Counted from the stretch's first letter, positions 1 through 10,014 are shown. The stretch: DNA of 64,000 nucleotides from Thermoplasma sp. (GCF_008709555.1 NZ_VYIJ01000007.1:411-64410); one strand, 5' to 3'. Numbers and translations are program-made. The notes: a model not told the origin generated them from the sequence alone.

Positions 1-10
1 AAATGGAAAA

Positions 11-439
11 GTGATCTATCATTCCGATGCGGCAGAGATCTCTGATTTTGATAAAAAGAAGTTTTCAGATCTGGTTCTTGGTGCAAAGATACTTTCTATG
101 ATCTTTGCCATGTTTTTCGTCATATTATCCATCGCGTCTCTGATCGTAATTTTAGCCGGATTCATTACCGGCATTTCATCAGCGAATCTGAGGATCCTGA
201 TTTCTCCAGTTCCGGTATCCGTAGCTTCATTTATACTTGTTTCGTTCGTTCTCAGCGTATATTCGTTCTCCAGAATAGCCGCCCTCAGGAGACGCCTGCT
301 TGAGGGCTATCTATTCACCGCGTATATCGAGGACAGCACTTTCCTGAATATCATCGCGATCGTATTCAATGGCATTTTGCCAGGATTATTCCTCATTCTA
401 GCAAAACGCATGATTGGCCATGCCATCATATGGCAATGA
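11..439 (+). CDS. hypothetical membrane protein (start uncertain; frame is open to the window edge)
   Basis: 142-codon ORF from GTG-11. There is no stop between base 2 and 11, so it may be 5'-partial. Several long hydrophobic segments (e.g. ILSMIFAMFFVILSIASLIVILAGFI). No family recognised. Confidence 0.4.
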   Translation: MIYHSDAAEISDFDKKKFSDLVLGAKILSMIFAMFFVILSIASLIVILAGFITGISSANLRILISPVPVSVASFILVSFVLSVYSFSRIAALRRRLLEGYLFTAYIEDSTFLNIIAIVFNGILPGLFLILAKRMIGHAIIWQ

Positions 440-523
440 GGCAGCTGTACAAGACAGTGATCTGGCCGAAGTTTATTGGTATCCTACATATTATTTATTA
501 ATAATAGAATGTTGAACATCAAA

Positions 524-1234
524 ATGAGCTGCATCGAATTTCATGAGGTACAGAAATCGTTCGGGAGCAAGAAGGCCCTTGATGGATTATCATTTGACGT
601 CGAATGCCAGGAGAGCGTGGCGCTGATCGGGCCAAATGGGGCTGGAAAAAGCACAACGCTGAAGATCCTTGCAGGCTTGATTAAACCAGATTCTGGAGAA
701 GTAAAGATTGGAGGTTTTGATCCGGATTCTATCGAGGCGAAAAGGATAATGGGCTATCTTCCAGAGGATGCCTCCCCGTATCTTACGCTGAGCGTAAAGG
801 AGAACCTGGAATACATAGGCGCGTTGAGGAAAACAGATGGCCTTGAACAGAAGGTTGAATTCCTGCTGAACATCATGGAACTGAACGAGTACAGGAACAG
901 CAGGGTAAGCACACTGTCCAGGGGGAACAGGCAGAAGCTTTCCATAGCGCTTGCGATAATACATGATCCAAAGATAATGCTGCTTGATGAGCCACTGAAT
1001 TACCTTGACATACCAACGCAGGAAAGGATTATAAAGTACTTCAAGGGCATGAATGCAACATTTCTCGTATCAACGCACATAATGTCCATTGCGGAAAGAT
1101 TCACAAAGAGTGCGCTGATCATAAATAACGGCCGTCTGGTTTGGTCCGGGCAGATCGATGAATTGAAGGAGATGAGCAGGCAAGAGGACATGACCGTAGA
1201 GGGAGTCATCTCCAAGATAATGGGTGAATCATGA
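524..1234 (+). CDS. ABC transporter ATP-binding protein
   Basis: Walker A GPNGAGKST, signature LSRGNRQK, Walker B IMLLDEP. Start moved to ATG-524 (MSCIEFHEV), about 25 nt downstream of an AT-rich TATA-like box at ~488-505. Confidence 0.9.
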   Translation: MSCIEFHEVQKSFGSKKALDGLSFDVECQESVALIGPNGAGKSTTLKILAGLIKPDSGEVKIGGFDPDSIEAKRIMGYLPEDASPYLTLSVKENLEYIGALRKTDGLEQKVEFLLNIMELNEYRNSRVSTLSRGNRQKLSIALAIIHDPKIMLLDEPLNYLDIPTQERIIKYFKGMNATFLVSTHIMSIAERFTKSALIINNGRLVWSGQIDELKEMSRQEDMTVEGVISKIMGES

Positions 1235-2637
1235 GACGCAGCTTGTTTTCTCTGATCCTCAGGACAAGGGTTTCCTCTTCATTTATCGCCTTGATAATCA
1301 TATTCCTCCTGCTCGCAGTGTTCACCATCGCCATTTCTGCACCACACGCAAGGCCCATAAGGGCTGAGTATCCTGTTTTCCTAGGCATCCTTTCGTTCAT
1401 ATCTCTCATCGTTATGGTTGGATCTGCACTCATATTCAAGAAATCTGATTTCGATTTCCTGTTCACATCGCCCATCCCTGCGAGTTCCTTATCTCTGAAC
1501 TTCTTTCTGGCCGCCCTGGTGATAAACTCCATGTATGCCTTCTTCCTCGTTTACTTTCTCCCAATGCTTGAGTACCCTGTATTCATCATACCAGCCGCGA
1601 TAGATCTCTGGTTCGTGATGGCCATAAACGTCTCACTTGCTGCCATTTTGAGAAGCATAAGCATCAGAAGGAGGCTGCTCATAATAGCCATTGTCCTGGT
1701 ATGGTACCTGGTACCAGGGTTCTTCAGTTTTCCCATCTCGCCAACCTCAGCTTTCGCGGGATATCCCATCTATGGAACTGTGATAGATGCTGCTGTGTCT
1801 CTGTCTCTTGTTTCATACAATGTGCTTAGGCCTCCCAGGATCGCCTATTATTATCGATCCCTGACGGCGGGAACAGCAACGATAAGGAGATCCATAAGCT
1901 TTGCAGGATCCACCCCCATTGGCGCAATATACAGGTTCAATCTGAAGATGGTCGGCGGTGCATCGACACTCAGGATCGGAAACGTATCAAAGAACTATGC
2001 CGGAAGGCTCAACATGGGTGTTGCTGTATGGGTATCGATGGCCGTAGCAGTTCTATACGGTGTGGCCTTTATATTCATTCCGGAAGCGGAGAGATCCATA
2101 ATAGAGATCTATTATATCCTCTACGGGGTGGCCATATACCCACTGATGAGAGGGATAAACTGGATACAGACGGAGAGAATTTGGCTTGCGCTGATGTCAC
2201 TGCCGGCCACCACCTATTTCAGGCACATGGCGCTGGCCAAGGTGATTTCCACACTGATAACGCTCTTGCCCCTCATCATTGTCAACTTCATTCTTTTCGC
2301 TGTTTTCAGGGACAGGATATTTCTCGAGATGTCTGTCATGACACTTGCATTATCTCCCTCTGTGCTCATATTTGGCTTCTACCTCGCTGGGTTTGTTAAC
2401 CCTTACCAGATAATCGATATCGGGGAGCTTCCTCCTTCATCACGGTATTCGGGGAGGAACTTTGTTGCAGGCCTCACAATCGCTCCTGTGGCCGCAATAG
2501 CGGTTCTGTCGATTTTCATTCCTGGCCTTTACCTTTATGCATCAATAGCATTCATAGCGGTGGCCATGATCCTGATAGCACTGCCGAACATACAGGACAG
2601 CCTGAAAAATTCAATACTGTCACACAATCTGCTATGA
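1231..2637 (+). CDS. polytopic membrane protein, putative permease partner of the upstream ABC ATPase
   Basis: ATGA stop/start overlap with the ATPase gene. 468 aa, hydrophobic throughout with many predicted helices. No conserved motif recognised by eye. Confidence 0.6.
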   Translation: MRRSLFSLILRTRVSSSFIALIIIFLLLAVFTIAISAPHARPIRAEYPVFLGILSFISLIVMVGSALIFKKSDFDFLFTSPIPASSLSLNFFLAALVINSMYAFFLVYFLPMLEYPVFIIPAAIDLWFVMAINVSLAAILRSISIRRRLLIIAIVLVWYLVPGFFSFPISPTSAFAGYPIYGTVIDAAVSLSLVSYNVLRPPRIAYYYRSLTAGTATIRRSISFAGSTPIGAIYRFNLKMVGGASTLRIGNVSKNYAGRLNMGVAVWVSMAVAVLYGVAFIFIPEAERSIIEIYYILYGVAIYPLMRGINWIQTERIWLALMSLPATTYFRHMALAKVISTLITLLPLIIVNFILFAVFRDRIFLEMSVMTLALSPSVLIFGFYLAGFVNPYQIIDIGELPPSSRYSGRNFVAGLTIAPVAAIAVLSIFIPGLYLYASIAFIAVAMILIALPNIQDSLKNSILSHNLL

Positions 2638-2702
2638 TCCACTATCGCCCTCTTATGGCGATTGAAAGCTGGATACTGGTAAAAGCATTATACTATGGGA
2701 TA

Positions 2703-2775
2703 TGGGCCCGACCGGGATCGAACCGGTGATCTCCGCCTTGTAAGGGCGACGTCGTAACCACTGGACCACGAGCCC
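2703..2775 (-). tRNA. tRNA-Val (anticodon UAC)
   Basis: The reverse complement folds as a 73-nt cloverleaf. Acceptor GGGCTCG/CGGGCCC, anticodon stem TCGCC/GGCGG with loop CTTACAA, T arm ACCGG-TTCGATC-CCGGT, discriminator A. No encoded CCA. Confidence 0.9.
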
Positions 2776-2990
2776 GCATTGTGGAAATGGCAAGGAAAAT
2801 AAAAACATGACGCTTCTCCTGTTCGAAGGCTGATTCCGTTCTGAGCGGCTGACATCTATCCCTGAATTCTTGATTTTTCAATCCTCAGTCCATGGGCATA
2901 TCCTCATCAACGTGTGATTGAACCTAAAGTTTCCGGTATATGGGTTATGTTAATGGAAACGTATTTATCTCGCATAAATTATGTATCCGC

Positions 2991-3539
2991 ATGGACTTCG
3001 TGATCTTTGCCAAGAAGAGCGTCCGTTTTCCCGGCAAGCATTCCACGCTGATCAACGGCCGCAGGATGATCGACATAGTTGCATCAAAGCTCGTGGATTA
3101 TGGCCAGGTGATACTTTACTCAAAGGATCCGGATCTGGAATGCGTGCAGTGCAGGGTCGTCAGGGATTCAACAGACGGCATAATAACTGATTCTGTCCTG
3201 AGCGCCATTGACAAGTTTGGCACATTTTTCGCTGTGGCTGGAGACATGCCGTTCATAACGCACCGGATGATCGAGAGGATCATCGATTCCTACGATGGAA
3301 GACCTACCTTTCCGATCCATGCGGATGGGCTCATAGAACCGCTGTTCGGTATATACACGGAAAGCGTTTATGACGCAATGCATGATTATATAGAATCTGG
3401 TGGAAAGAGTCTGATAGGGTTCCTGAACATGATAGACATTGAAAGCGTTCCAATAAACGAGGATGAAGAGAAGTTCTTCACAAGCATCAATTATCCGGAG
3501 GACATTGAGAAATATGCAGACCTGATAACTGATACATGA
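2991..3539 (+). CDS. MobA-like nucleotidyltransferase (molybdenum cofactor guanylyltransferase family)
   Basis: N-terminal FPGKHSTLINGRRMID and internal AGDMPFIT resemble the MobA/NTP_transf_3 family. Start placed at ATG-2991 (MDFVIF), ~25 nt after the TATA-like gtatttatctc. Confidence 0.55.
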   Translation: MDFVIFAKKSVRFPGKHSTLINGRRMIDIVASKLVDYGQVILYSKDPDLECVQCRVVRDSTDGIITDSVLSAIDKFGTFFAVAGDMPFITHRMIERIIDSYDGRPTFPIHADGLIEPLFGIYTESVYDAMHDYIESGGKSLIGFLNMIDIESVPINEDEEKFFTSINYPEDIEKYADLITDT

Positions 3540-3622
3540 ATTTTGCTATAATTATCTGTCTATGCATTATTTAGACATTATTTCAATAAACTATATATAG
3601 CACAGATATGATACATATAATA

Positions 3623-4771
3623 ATGCAGGGTTATACGGACGCATCCGATATGATAAGATCGTCCATACGGGAATTTGTCAGGAAGGAGATCGAACCCATA
3701 AGATCCAAGATCGACAGGGATGATTATTTTCCGGAGGATAAATTCAGGCTGATGGGGAGGATGGGCTATCTTGGTGTGACCGTACCACCGGAATACGGGG
3801 GAAGCGGTGCTGGCTATCTCGCGCAGGCAATAATTGAGGATGAGCTTGGCTATTCATCTCCTTCATTGGCGCTATCGTACGGTGCACACAGCAACCTTTG
3901 CCTGGATAACGTATACAGGAATGGATCGGAATTTATAAGAGAAACTTACGTTCCCAAGCTTGCCTCTGGGGAATACATAGGATCACTATGCCTAACTGAA
4001 CCAGGATCTGGATCGGACGCGCTGGCCATGTCTACCCACATCGACGAGATCGATGGTAGCCTGTATCTCTCAGGGAGCAAGATGTTCATCACAAATGCGC
4101 CGTACGCGGACCTGTTTCTGGTGCACAGCAGGGATGGCGATTCGTACTCATCAGTGATCGTCCTTGCAGACGATGGGGGCTTCAGCAGGGGCAGATCCCT
4201 GGAGAAGATGGGTATGCGCGGATCCCCGACTGGAGAGATATTCTTCAACAGGGTGAGGATCGGACCAGAAAGGATCGTCGGAGGAAGGGGATCTGGAAAG
4301 AGGATCATAATGTCTGGCCTGAACTCAGAGAGGGTGATACTTTCTTTCATATTCATAGGGCTAGCAAGGCGTGCCATAGACGAAGCGGTAAACTATGCAT
4401 CAGAGCGGAAGCAATTCGGACAGCACCTGGCAGACTTCGAATTGATACAGGAGAAGCTTTCGTACATGTATGTCAGGTATGAGGCCAGCAGGATGCTTGC
4501 ATTCAGAGCACTGGAGAAGCTACAGTTCGACATGATGGATCCCATCGACGCAGCCTCAGCCATCATGTATGCATCAGAATCCGCCGAGTACATAGCAAGA
4601 GAGGCCATCCAGATTTTCGGAGGTTATGGCTACATAAAGGATACAGGCATAGAGGTGCTGCTGAGGGATGCAATACTTGGACAGATAGGGGCCGGAACGA
4701 CAGAGATAAGGAAGCGCGTGATCGCCAGATCCCTCGTCAGGATGTATAAGGAAGGGAGAAAAATAGAATGA
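3623..4771 (+). CDS. acyl-CoA dehydrogenase
   Basis: Typical ACAD motifs LTEPGSGSDA, MFITNA and the C-terminal IFGGYGY..LLRDA..GQIGAGTTEI. ATG-3623 is preferred over ATG-3608 because the TATA box aactatatatagc ends at ~3600. Confidence 0.9.
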   Translation: MQGYTDASDMIRSSIREFVRKEIEPIRSKIDRDDYFPEDKFRLMGRMGYLGVTVPPEYGGSGAGYLAQAIIEDELGYSSPSLALSYGAHSNLCLDNVYRNGSEFIRETYVPKLASGEYIGSLCLTEPGSGSDALAMSTHIDEIDGSLYLSGSKMFITNAPYADLFLVHSRDGDSYSSVIVLADDGGFSRGRSLEKMGMRGSPTGEIFFNRVRIGPERIVGGRGSGKRIIMSGLNSERVILSFIFIGLARRAIDEAVNYASERKQFGQHLADFELIQEKLSYMYVRYEASRMLAFRALEKLQFDMMDPIDAASAIMYASESAEYIAREAIQIFGGYGYIKDTGIEVLLRDAILGQIGAGTTEIRKRVIARSLVRMYKEGRKIE

Positions 4772-4866
4772 AAGTACCGTTATGAGAAGCTGATACACTT
4801 CATTATCGTTTTCGGAATAAATGCATATGGAAAAACTGTTATATATATTCAATCATTGGTGCATGC

Positions 4867-6726
4867 ATGTTCGATTACAATCCTTCTGAGGAGGCCATAG
4901 CATATACCAACCTTGGACGTTTTGCTTCATCATTGGGCATGAGCATCAGGGATCTCTACATCCGTGCTGATAGGGATCCGGAATGGTTCTGGCCAAAGGT
5001 TATAGAGGACATCGGCATAGAATTCTTCAGAGAATACCAGAGCGTTGTTGATCTATCTGGTGGAATTCCCTGGGCAAAGTGGTTCACGGGTGGCAGCATC
5101 AACATTGAGTACAACGCAGTTGAACGCCATTCTGGATCCGGAAAGACCGCAATAGTATACCAATCCGAGGATGGCGAGATCTCCAAATTATCGTACTCGG
5201 AACTCAACAGGAGGGTATCGGCGCTATCATCTACCATTCGTGATATGGGCGTAGGCAAAGGCGACCGCGTCGCCATATACATGCCCTTTAATGCAAAAAG
5301 CGCCATAGCTTTCTATGCTGTACTCCGAATAGGTGCCGTTGCGGTTCCAATGTTCTCAGGCTATGGGCTTGATGCTGTCAGGGGAAGACTGGAAGATTCC
5401 GGTGCTGGTCTTCTGATAACATCCTCATCTTACACCAGGAAGGGAAAGACCATCGACATGTCAGCCGTGGCCGATCGGATAGATATGAAGACCATAATGG
5501 ATGGCGAAGGTACGAAATTCTACAGGTTCGAAGACGCAATAAGCGGTGGAAAGAGCGTGCCCGTGGAACACACCTCAAGCGAGGATCCAGCGATAATGCT
5601 TTACACCTCCGGGACGACAGGAAGACCAAAAGGGACGATACACGTACATGGTGGTGCTCTCGTCAATATAGCAAAGGAGGTAAAGTATTATATGGATCTC
5701 AGGGAAAACGACGTGCTTCACTGGATAACGGATCTTGGCTGGATGATGGGGCCATGGGCTCTGATAGGCACGAACACACTGCGCGGGACCATATTCCTCT
5801 ATGACGGTGCCATAGATTATCCTGACCCTGACAGGATCTTCGATATTGTGCATGATAACGGCATAACCTTGCTTGGCCTCTCGCCCACGGTCGTGAGGAT
5901 GATCAAATTCAGGGGAACCAGGCGTACATTTGATACCGTCAGGGTGTTCGGTTCCACAGGTGAGCCATGGGACGAGGAGTCATGGCTGTACCTGTTCAAC
6001 GTGCTTGGTCGTGGCAAGGCTCCCATATCTAATATATCTGGTGGCACAGATATAATTGGATGCTTTCTGGCATCAAATCCAGCCATACCGCAGAAGCCCA
6101 GATGCCTCTATAGAGGCCTTGGGATGAATGCATCCATATTCGATGAGGATGGAAAAGAGGTTTACGGAAAGGTCGGTTACCTTGTGGCAAGGTTCCCGAG
6201 CCCGTCAATGACACGTGGACTCTGGGGAAACCCTGAAAAATACCTCGAAACATACTGGTCAAGGTTCGAGAATGTGTGGTTCCATGGCGACTTCGGCGAG
6301 ATGGATGAGGATGGCTATTTCTATCTCTATGGAAGATCAGACGATGTGATAAAGATCGCCGGAAAACGCGTCGGGCCAAACGAGGTGGAGGATCTGGTAA
6401 TGCGCGTTGATGGCGTGACAGAATGCGCTGTTGTTTCCATACCTGACAGGATCAAGGGGGATGTTCTGGCCGTGTTCTATGTAGGTGATCCTGGACTGAA
6501 TGGCAGGATAGAGAAGGAGATAGAGATGGGGATGGGGAAGCCGTTCAGGCCGGCGCATGTGATACGCATATCGAGGATACCCAAGACAAGAAACGGGAAG
6601 ATCATGAGGAGGGTGATAAGATCCGCATTTTGCGGCCTCCCTGTCGGCGATACAAGCAACACAGACGACAGCGACGTGATACGCGAGATAGAGGACATAG
6701 GCAAGATGGCCCTCAGGCAGCCATGA
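4867..6726 (+). CDS. AMP-forming acyl/acetyl-CoA synthetase
   Basis: AMP-binding signature YTSGTTGRPKG and the later GDFGEMDEDGYFYLYGRSDD and PKTRNGKIMRR motifs of the Acs/ANL superfamily. 619 aa. Confidence 0.85.
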   Translation: MFDYNPSEEAIAYTNLGRFASSLGMSIRDLYIRADRDPEWFWPKVIEDIGIEFFREYQSVVDLSGGIPWAKWFTGGSINIEYNAVERHSGSGKTAIVYQSEDGEISKLSYSELNRRVSALSSTIRDMGVGKGDRVAIYMPFNAKSAIAFYAVLRIGAVAVPMFSGYGLDAVRGRLEDSGAGLLITSSSYTRKGKTIDMSAVADRIDMKTIMDGEGTKFYRFEDAISGGKSVPVEHTSSEDPAIMLYTSGTTGRPKGTIHVHGGALVNIAKEVKYYMDLRENDVLHWITDLGWMMGPWALIGTNTLRGTIFLYDGAIDYPDPDRIFDIVHDNGITLLGLSPTVVRMIKFRGTRRTFDTVRVFGSTGEPWDEESWLYLFNVLGRGKAPISNISGGTDIIGCFLASNPAIPQKPRCLYRGLGMNASIFDEDGKEVYGKVGYLVARFPSPSMTRGLWGNPEKYLETYWSRFENVWFHGDFGEMDEDGYFYLYGRSDDVIKIAGKRVGPNEVEDLVMRVDGVTECAVVSIPDRIKGDVLAVFYVGDPGLNGRIEKEIEMGMGKPFRPAHVIRISRIPKTRNGKIMRRVIRSAFCGLPVGDTSNTDDSDVIREIEDIGKMALRQP

Positions 6727-7332
6727 TAGCTCTTACAGTTCTGCTGGCCTTTCTGGTTCATGGAGAGTTGCAGCACCATATTCAATTCTCCATTGGTGCT
6801 GCCTCGTTTCATGCGAGTGGCCTAATGTCTTTGTGAGATGCATTATAGGCTTCTGGATGGGCCTTCTGCAGGACTGTAACGACGAATTCTATCGGCTTAC
6901 CCATGAGATATGGTACGTGGTGCGTGATCCCTTCTACATGAGGCTTAAGATCATATTCATAACGTGGAGCATAATGAGGATCCTGAACGTGTAGCGATAT
7001 CGCGCATTCCGTTTGGAATTATATCACGTGATCGCGGCTTCGTATCGTAAAGATGGGGAAACTTGCAGCGGTGCATACTGAAAGATAGGCGGAGATGTTG
7101 AGGAATTTAAAATAGAGGCCAGCGCTATTATCTTGAACAGGACACGGCAAGAAAACATTGGAATATCAATTCCTGAGATGCTGCTCCCATTTGGAAATAG
7201 TATGCGGAGCAATGCCATATATCGTAACCTTTAGAAATTTTTCATCAAAGATGAATCAACTGGAAAAGGTATCCTCAAGATCATCATACCTCCTGAATTC
7301 CGCATAGATATGAGAAATACAAACCATGGAAA

Positions 7333-7473
7333 GTGGGGACACTGGGAGTTGAACCCAGATCTACGGGTCTCTTCCTGGATCATAGTTCCAGTCACTCATC
7401 ATCACATCAGATGACCCTGTTTCTAATCATCTCCTGACTGGAGCCCGTCAGGATGCCATTACCCCATGTCCCC
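7333..7473 (-). tRNA. tRNA-Trp (anticodon CCA) interrupted by a 70-nt intron after position 37
   Basis: Reverse complement: acceptor GGGGACA/TGTCCCC, D arm with A14, G18G19 and A21, anticodon stem ACGGG/CCCGT, loop CTCCAG|intron|A, T arm CTGGG-TTCAACT-CCCAG, discriminator A. Exons are 7438-7473 and 7333-7367. Confidence 0.85.
7368..7437 (-). ncRNA. tRNA-Trp intron with box C/D-like (K-turn / K-loop) elements
   Basis: Intron in RNA sense: UCAGGAG-AUGAUUA-(13 nt)-CUGA-UGUG-AUGAUGA-(13 nt)-UGGA-UCCAGGAAGAG. The internal CUGA plus GUGAUGA/AUGAUGA are perfect D'/C' boxes. The terminal boxes are degenerate, but GGA/UCC flanking pairing and tandem G.A pairs are possible. The spacers are complementary to the anticodon region and to position 39. 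Confidence 0.5.
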
Positions 7474-7617
7474 TGCCGCAACTGATCCACCAGAGTTCGA
7501 TCATCGTGCGATGATGGAACGTCGCGGAGTTTCAGAGAGTGATGTTTGTATCGTATATATCAATTTCGCAGATTATTGCACTGCATATTAATGGGACAGA
7601 TCATGATCACAGTGCAT

Positions 7618-8235
7618 TCATCGTTTCAACACTGGATAAAGATCCACCACGCTGACCTCCCTGAAATCCGAATAGAACTCGCTGACTGCCTCAAATTCAT
7701 AGGGCATTTCAGCGTAGATTATCGGAACACCCTCCGAACGTATCAGATCGAAGGCGTCCTCACTCAGAACGGGCACGGCGATGGATATATTCCTGGTTAT
7801 CGATGATCTTATGCTCCTTACGGCCGCGACTATTGTTGTACCGGTGGCTGATCCGTCGTCGACAAGTATGACGGCATCCCATCTGCCACGAAACACGGAA
7901 TTGCTATCACCAAGAGATCTGCGCATCTCCGCGATCTCGTCCATGATCCTGCTGACACTGTACTGTATGCTTTCTCTGTCTATGCCAGATGAAAATGTGT
8001 TCAGATAGGGCTTCCTCTCCTGCCCCTCTGCTATGGCGCCTATGGCGAATTCCGGATCATCAGGATGCCCTATCTTCTTGACCACTATTGTCGTCAGTTC
8101 GCAACCCAGCGCATCGGCTATAGGCCTGGCAGTAAGGATGCCGCCCCTTGCGATGCCGGTAACGGTACAGTTCCCTGCTGGCCTCTGGATCTTGCCTGCA
8201 AGTAAGTGCCCGGCCTCGATCCTGTCCCTGAACAT
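7618..8235 (-). CDS. phosphoribosyltransferase family protein
   Basis: PRPP-binding loop VILVDDGSATGTT and an N-terminal GIARGG motif. 205 aa. Confidence 0.75.
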   Translation of the reverse strand: MFRDRIEAGHLLAGKIQRPAGNCTVTGIARGGILTARPIADALGCELTTIVVKKIGHPDDPEFAIGAIAEGQERKPYLNTFSSGIDRESIQYSVSRIMDEIAEMRRSLGDSNSVFRGRWDAVILVDDGSATGTTIVAAVRSIRSSITRNISIAVPVLSEDAFDLIRSEGVPIIYAEMPYEFEAVSEFYSDFREVSVVDLYPVLKR

Positions 8236-8302
8236 GGCCTCATCTCCATCCAGAACCTGAATAATACATCAAGCTAAAAATTGCGGATAAACCTTTCCAT
8301 TT

Positions 8303-9067
8303 TCAGATCTTTGCCTTCCTGTAGGAGAGCGCGGCGAAGACAAAGAACAAAGCGGAGAGGATCACAACAACGCCAACATATACCAGGTCGGATCCTGTGA
8401 GCCGGGCAAACATCATGTCCCTCACTGAATTCACTATGTATGTCAGTGGATTCGCGTAGGATACTATCCTCAGTCCAAGGGGCGTCCTTCCATTGATCGG
8501 ATAGAACGCTGAACTTGCGAAGTCCAGAATGAAGAATATGAACATGGTCACGGTGTTGTATGTCTGAATGGTGCGTATAAACACCGAGAGAACCAGGAAC
8601 AGCGAGGTGAAGAGTATCGATGATACAAGGAGTACGACAATTATGAGCAGTATGTTCACCAGGTAATGAACAACGAACCCGGTGAGAAGATAGGATACAA
8701 GGAACATGAGAAGGGCTCCCCCCACCGAGAATATCATCGACACGTATATTATTCCCAGCAGGTAATCTATCCTGTGGAACGGACCCACCAGCAGCTGCTC
8801 GAACATCCCCCAGCGCCTGTCAGACCACAGCATGCTCCCACCTATGGATCCAGCTATGAAGGGCTGCATCGCCACAACACCCGGAGACAGAAACTGCGCA
8901 TAGCTTATTGATCTCCCGTCAAAAACAACATTTGGTATAAGTGCCTGGAACATGAGGCCAAGAACGATAAGGTAGAATGAGGGGAGGCCAATAAGAAAGA
9001 GGAGCGTACCAGGATCAGTGTTTATTATCAGATTCCTTGCCGTCAGGCGGAGGGATGGAGGCATCAT
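8303..9067 (-). CDS. ABC-2 type transporter permease
   Basis: 254 aa with about 6 hydrophobic helices. Start overlaps the stop of the upstream ABC ATPase (4-nt overlap). Confidence 0.8.
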   Translation of the reverse strand: MMPPSLRLTARNLIINTDPGTLLFLIGLPSFYLIVLGLMFQALIPNVVFDGRSISYAQFLSPGVVAMQPFIAGSIGGSMLWSDRRWGMFEQLLVGPFHRIDYLLGIIYVSMIFSVGGALLMFLVSYLLTGFVVHYLVNILLIIVVLLVSSILFTSLFLVLSVFIRTIQTYNTVTMFIFFILDFASSAFYPINGRTPLGLRIVSYANPLTYIVNSVRDMMFARLTGSDLVYVGVVVILSALFFVFAALSYRKAKI

Positions 9068-9981
9068 GATACCACCTTCAGGAAAACGTCGTCGAGGCTG
9101 CTCTCCTCGACGCTTATTCTCTCTATCCTTATATCCTTTGTCTTCAGGTATATTATGAGATCCGGGAGTATATCTTCCACGTTCTTGGAAACTATGCGTA
9201 TCTCTTCGTTGTCCACGATGACATCCTCAGGAAACTTGGATTTGAGACTCTCGTAATCAATGTCCCCTGAGACAACGACGTGTATCGTCTTGAGATCACC
9301 GTATTTTGCCTTCAGATCGGAGCTTGTACCCTCAGCCACTATCTTCCCCCTGTTCATTATGGCGATCCTGTCGCAGAGGTAATCGGCCTCCTCCATGATC
9401 TGCGTCGTGTAGAGTACAGTCAGGCCTCTTCTCGCCTTGTCCCTGATATAATTCAACACGGAACGGCGCATTATCGGATCTAGGCCAACTGTAGGTTCGT
9501 CCAGAAACAGGAGATCCATATCGTGTATGAACTCCCTTGCTACCTGAAGGCGCTTCTTCTGGCCACCAGAGAGCTCCATGGCCCTCACCTTGCGCAGCGG
9601 ACCGAGATCGAAGACCTCAAGCACCTCCTCAATTCTTGCCTTCAGCACCTCCCTGGGGACGTCCCAGAGCATGCCGTAGACCTTCAGGTTACGTTCAACG
9701 CTTGCAAAATCAAATGACTCGTTCTGCAGCACCACTCCTATGCGCCTCCTTATCTTCTCAGCATTCTCGGACACATCCATGCCCAGAATCCTGACCTTTC
9801 CGTAATGTACGGGAAGTATCGTTGTCATCGTCCTTATTGTCGTCGTCTTTCCGGCCCCGTTCTTTCCAAGAAGGCCGTATATCTCCCCCTTTGCAACATT
9901 GAATGAAACATCATCGACCACGAACGTTCTCCCATCATAGGTCTGCCGGAGGTGTTCAACCTCGATCACTTTCTCAGGCAC
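9064..9981 (-). CDS. ABC transporter ATP-binding protein (DrrA/CcmA-like exporter type)
   Basis: Walker A GKNGAGKTT, signature LSGGQKKR, Walker B LLFLDEPTVGLD. Confidence 0.9.
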   Translation of the reverse strand: MPEKVIEVEHLRQTYDGRTFVVDDVSFNVAKGEIYGLLGKNGAGKTTTIRTMTTILPVHYGKVRILGMDVSENAEKIRRRIGVVLQNESFDFASVERNLKVYGMLWDVPREVLKARIEEVLEVFDLGPLRKVRAMELSGGQKKRLQVAREFIHDMDLLFLDEPTVGLDPIMRRSVLNYIRDKARRGLTVLYTTQIMEEADYLCDRIAIMNRGKIVAEGTSSDLKAKYGDLKTIHVVVSGDIDYESLKSKFPEDVIVDNEEIRIVSKNVEDILPDLIIYLKTKDIRIERISVEESSLDDVFLKVVS

Positions 9982-10014
9982 ATCTGGACAATTTGAAAAA
10001 ATATATAGACATTG

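Noticed and set aside
2693-2881. 62-aa ORF on the minus strand
   Set aside because: It overlaps the tRNA-Val gene (2703-2775) on the same strand, so the tRNA explains the sequence.
2835-2915. Minus-strand UUGAUGA ... CUGA pair suggestive of a C/D sRNA between tRNA-Val and the MobA-like gene
   Set aside because: There is a 15-nt spacer, then no recognisable C' or D box downstream, so the motif set is incomplete.
7501-7520. Perfect inverted repeat ATCATCG-tg-CGATGAT upstream of tRNA-Trp
   Set aside because: It may be a processing or regulatory hairpin in the tRNA leader, but it is a single short element with no further support. It is noted only.
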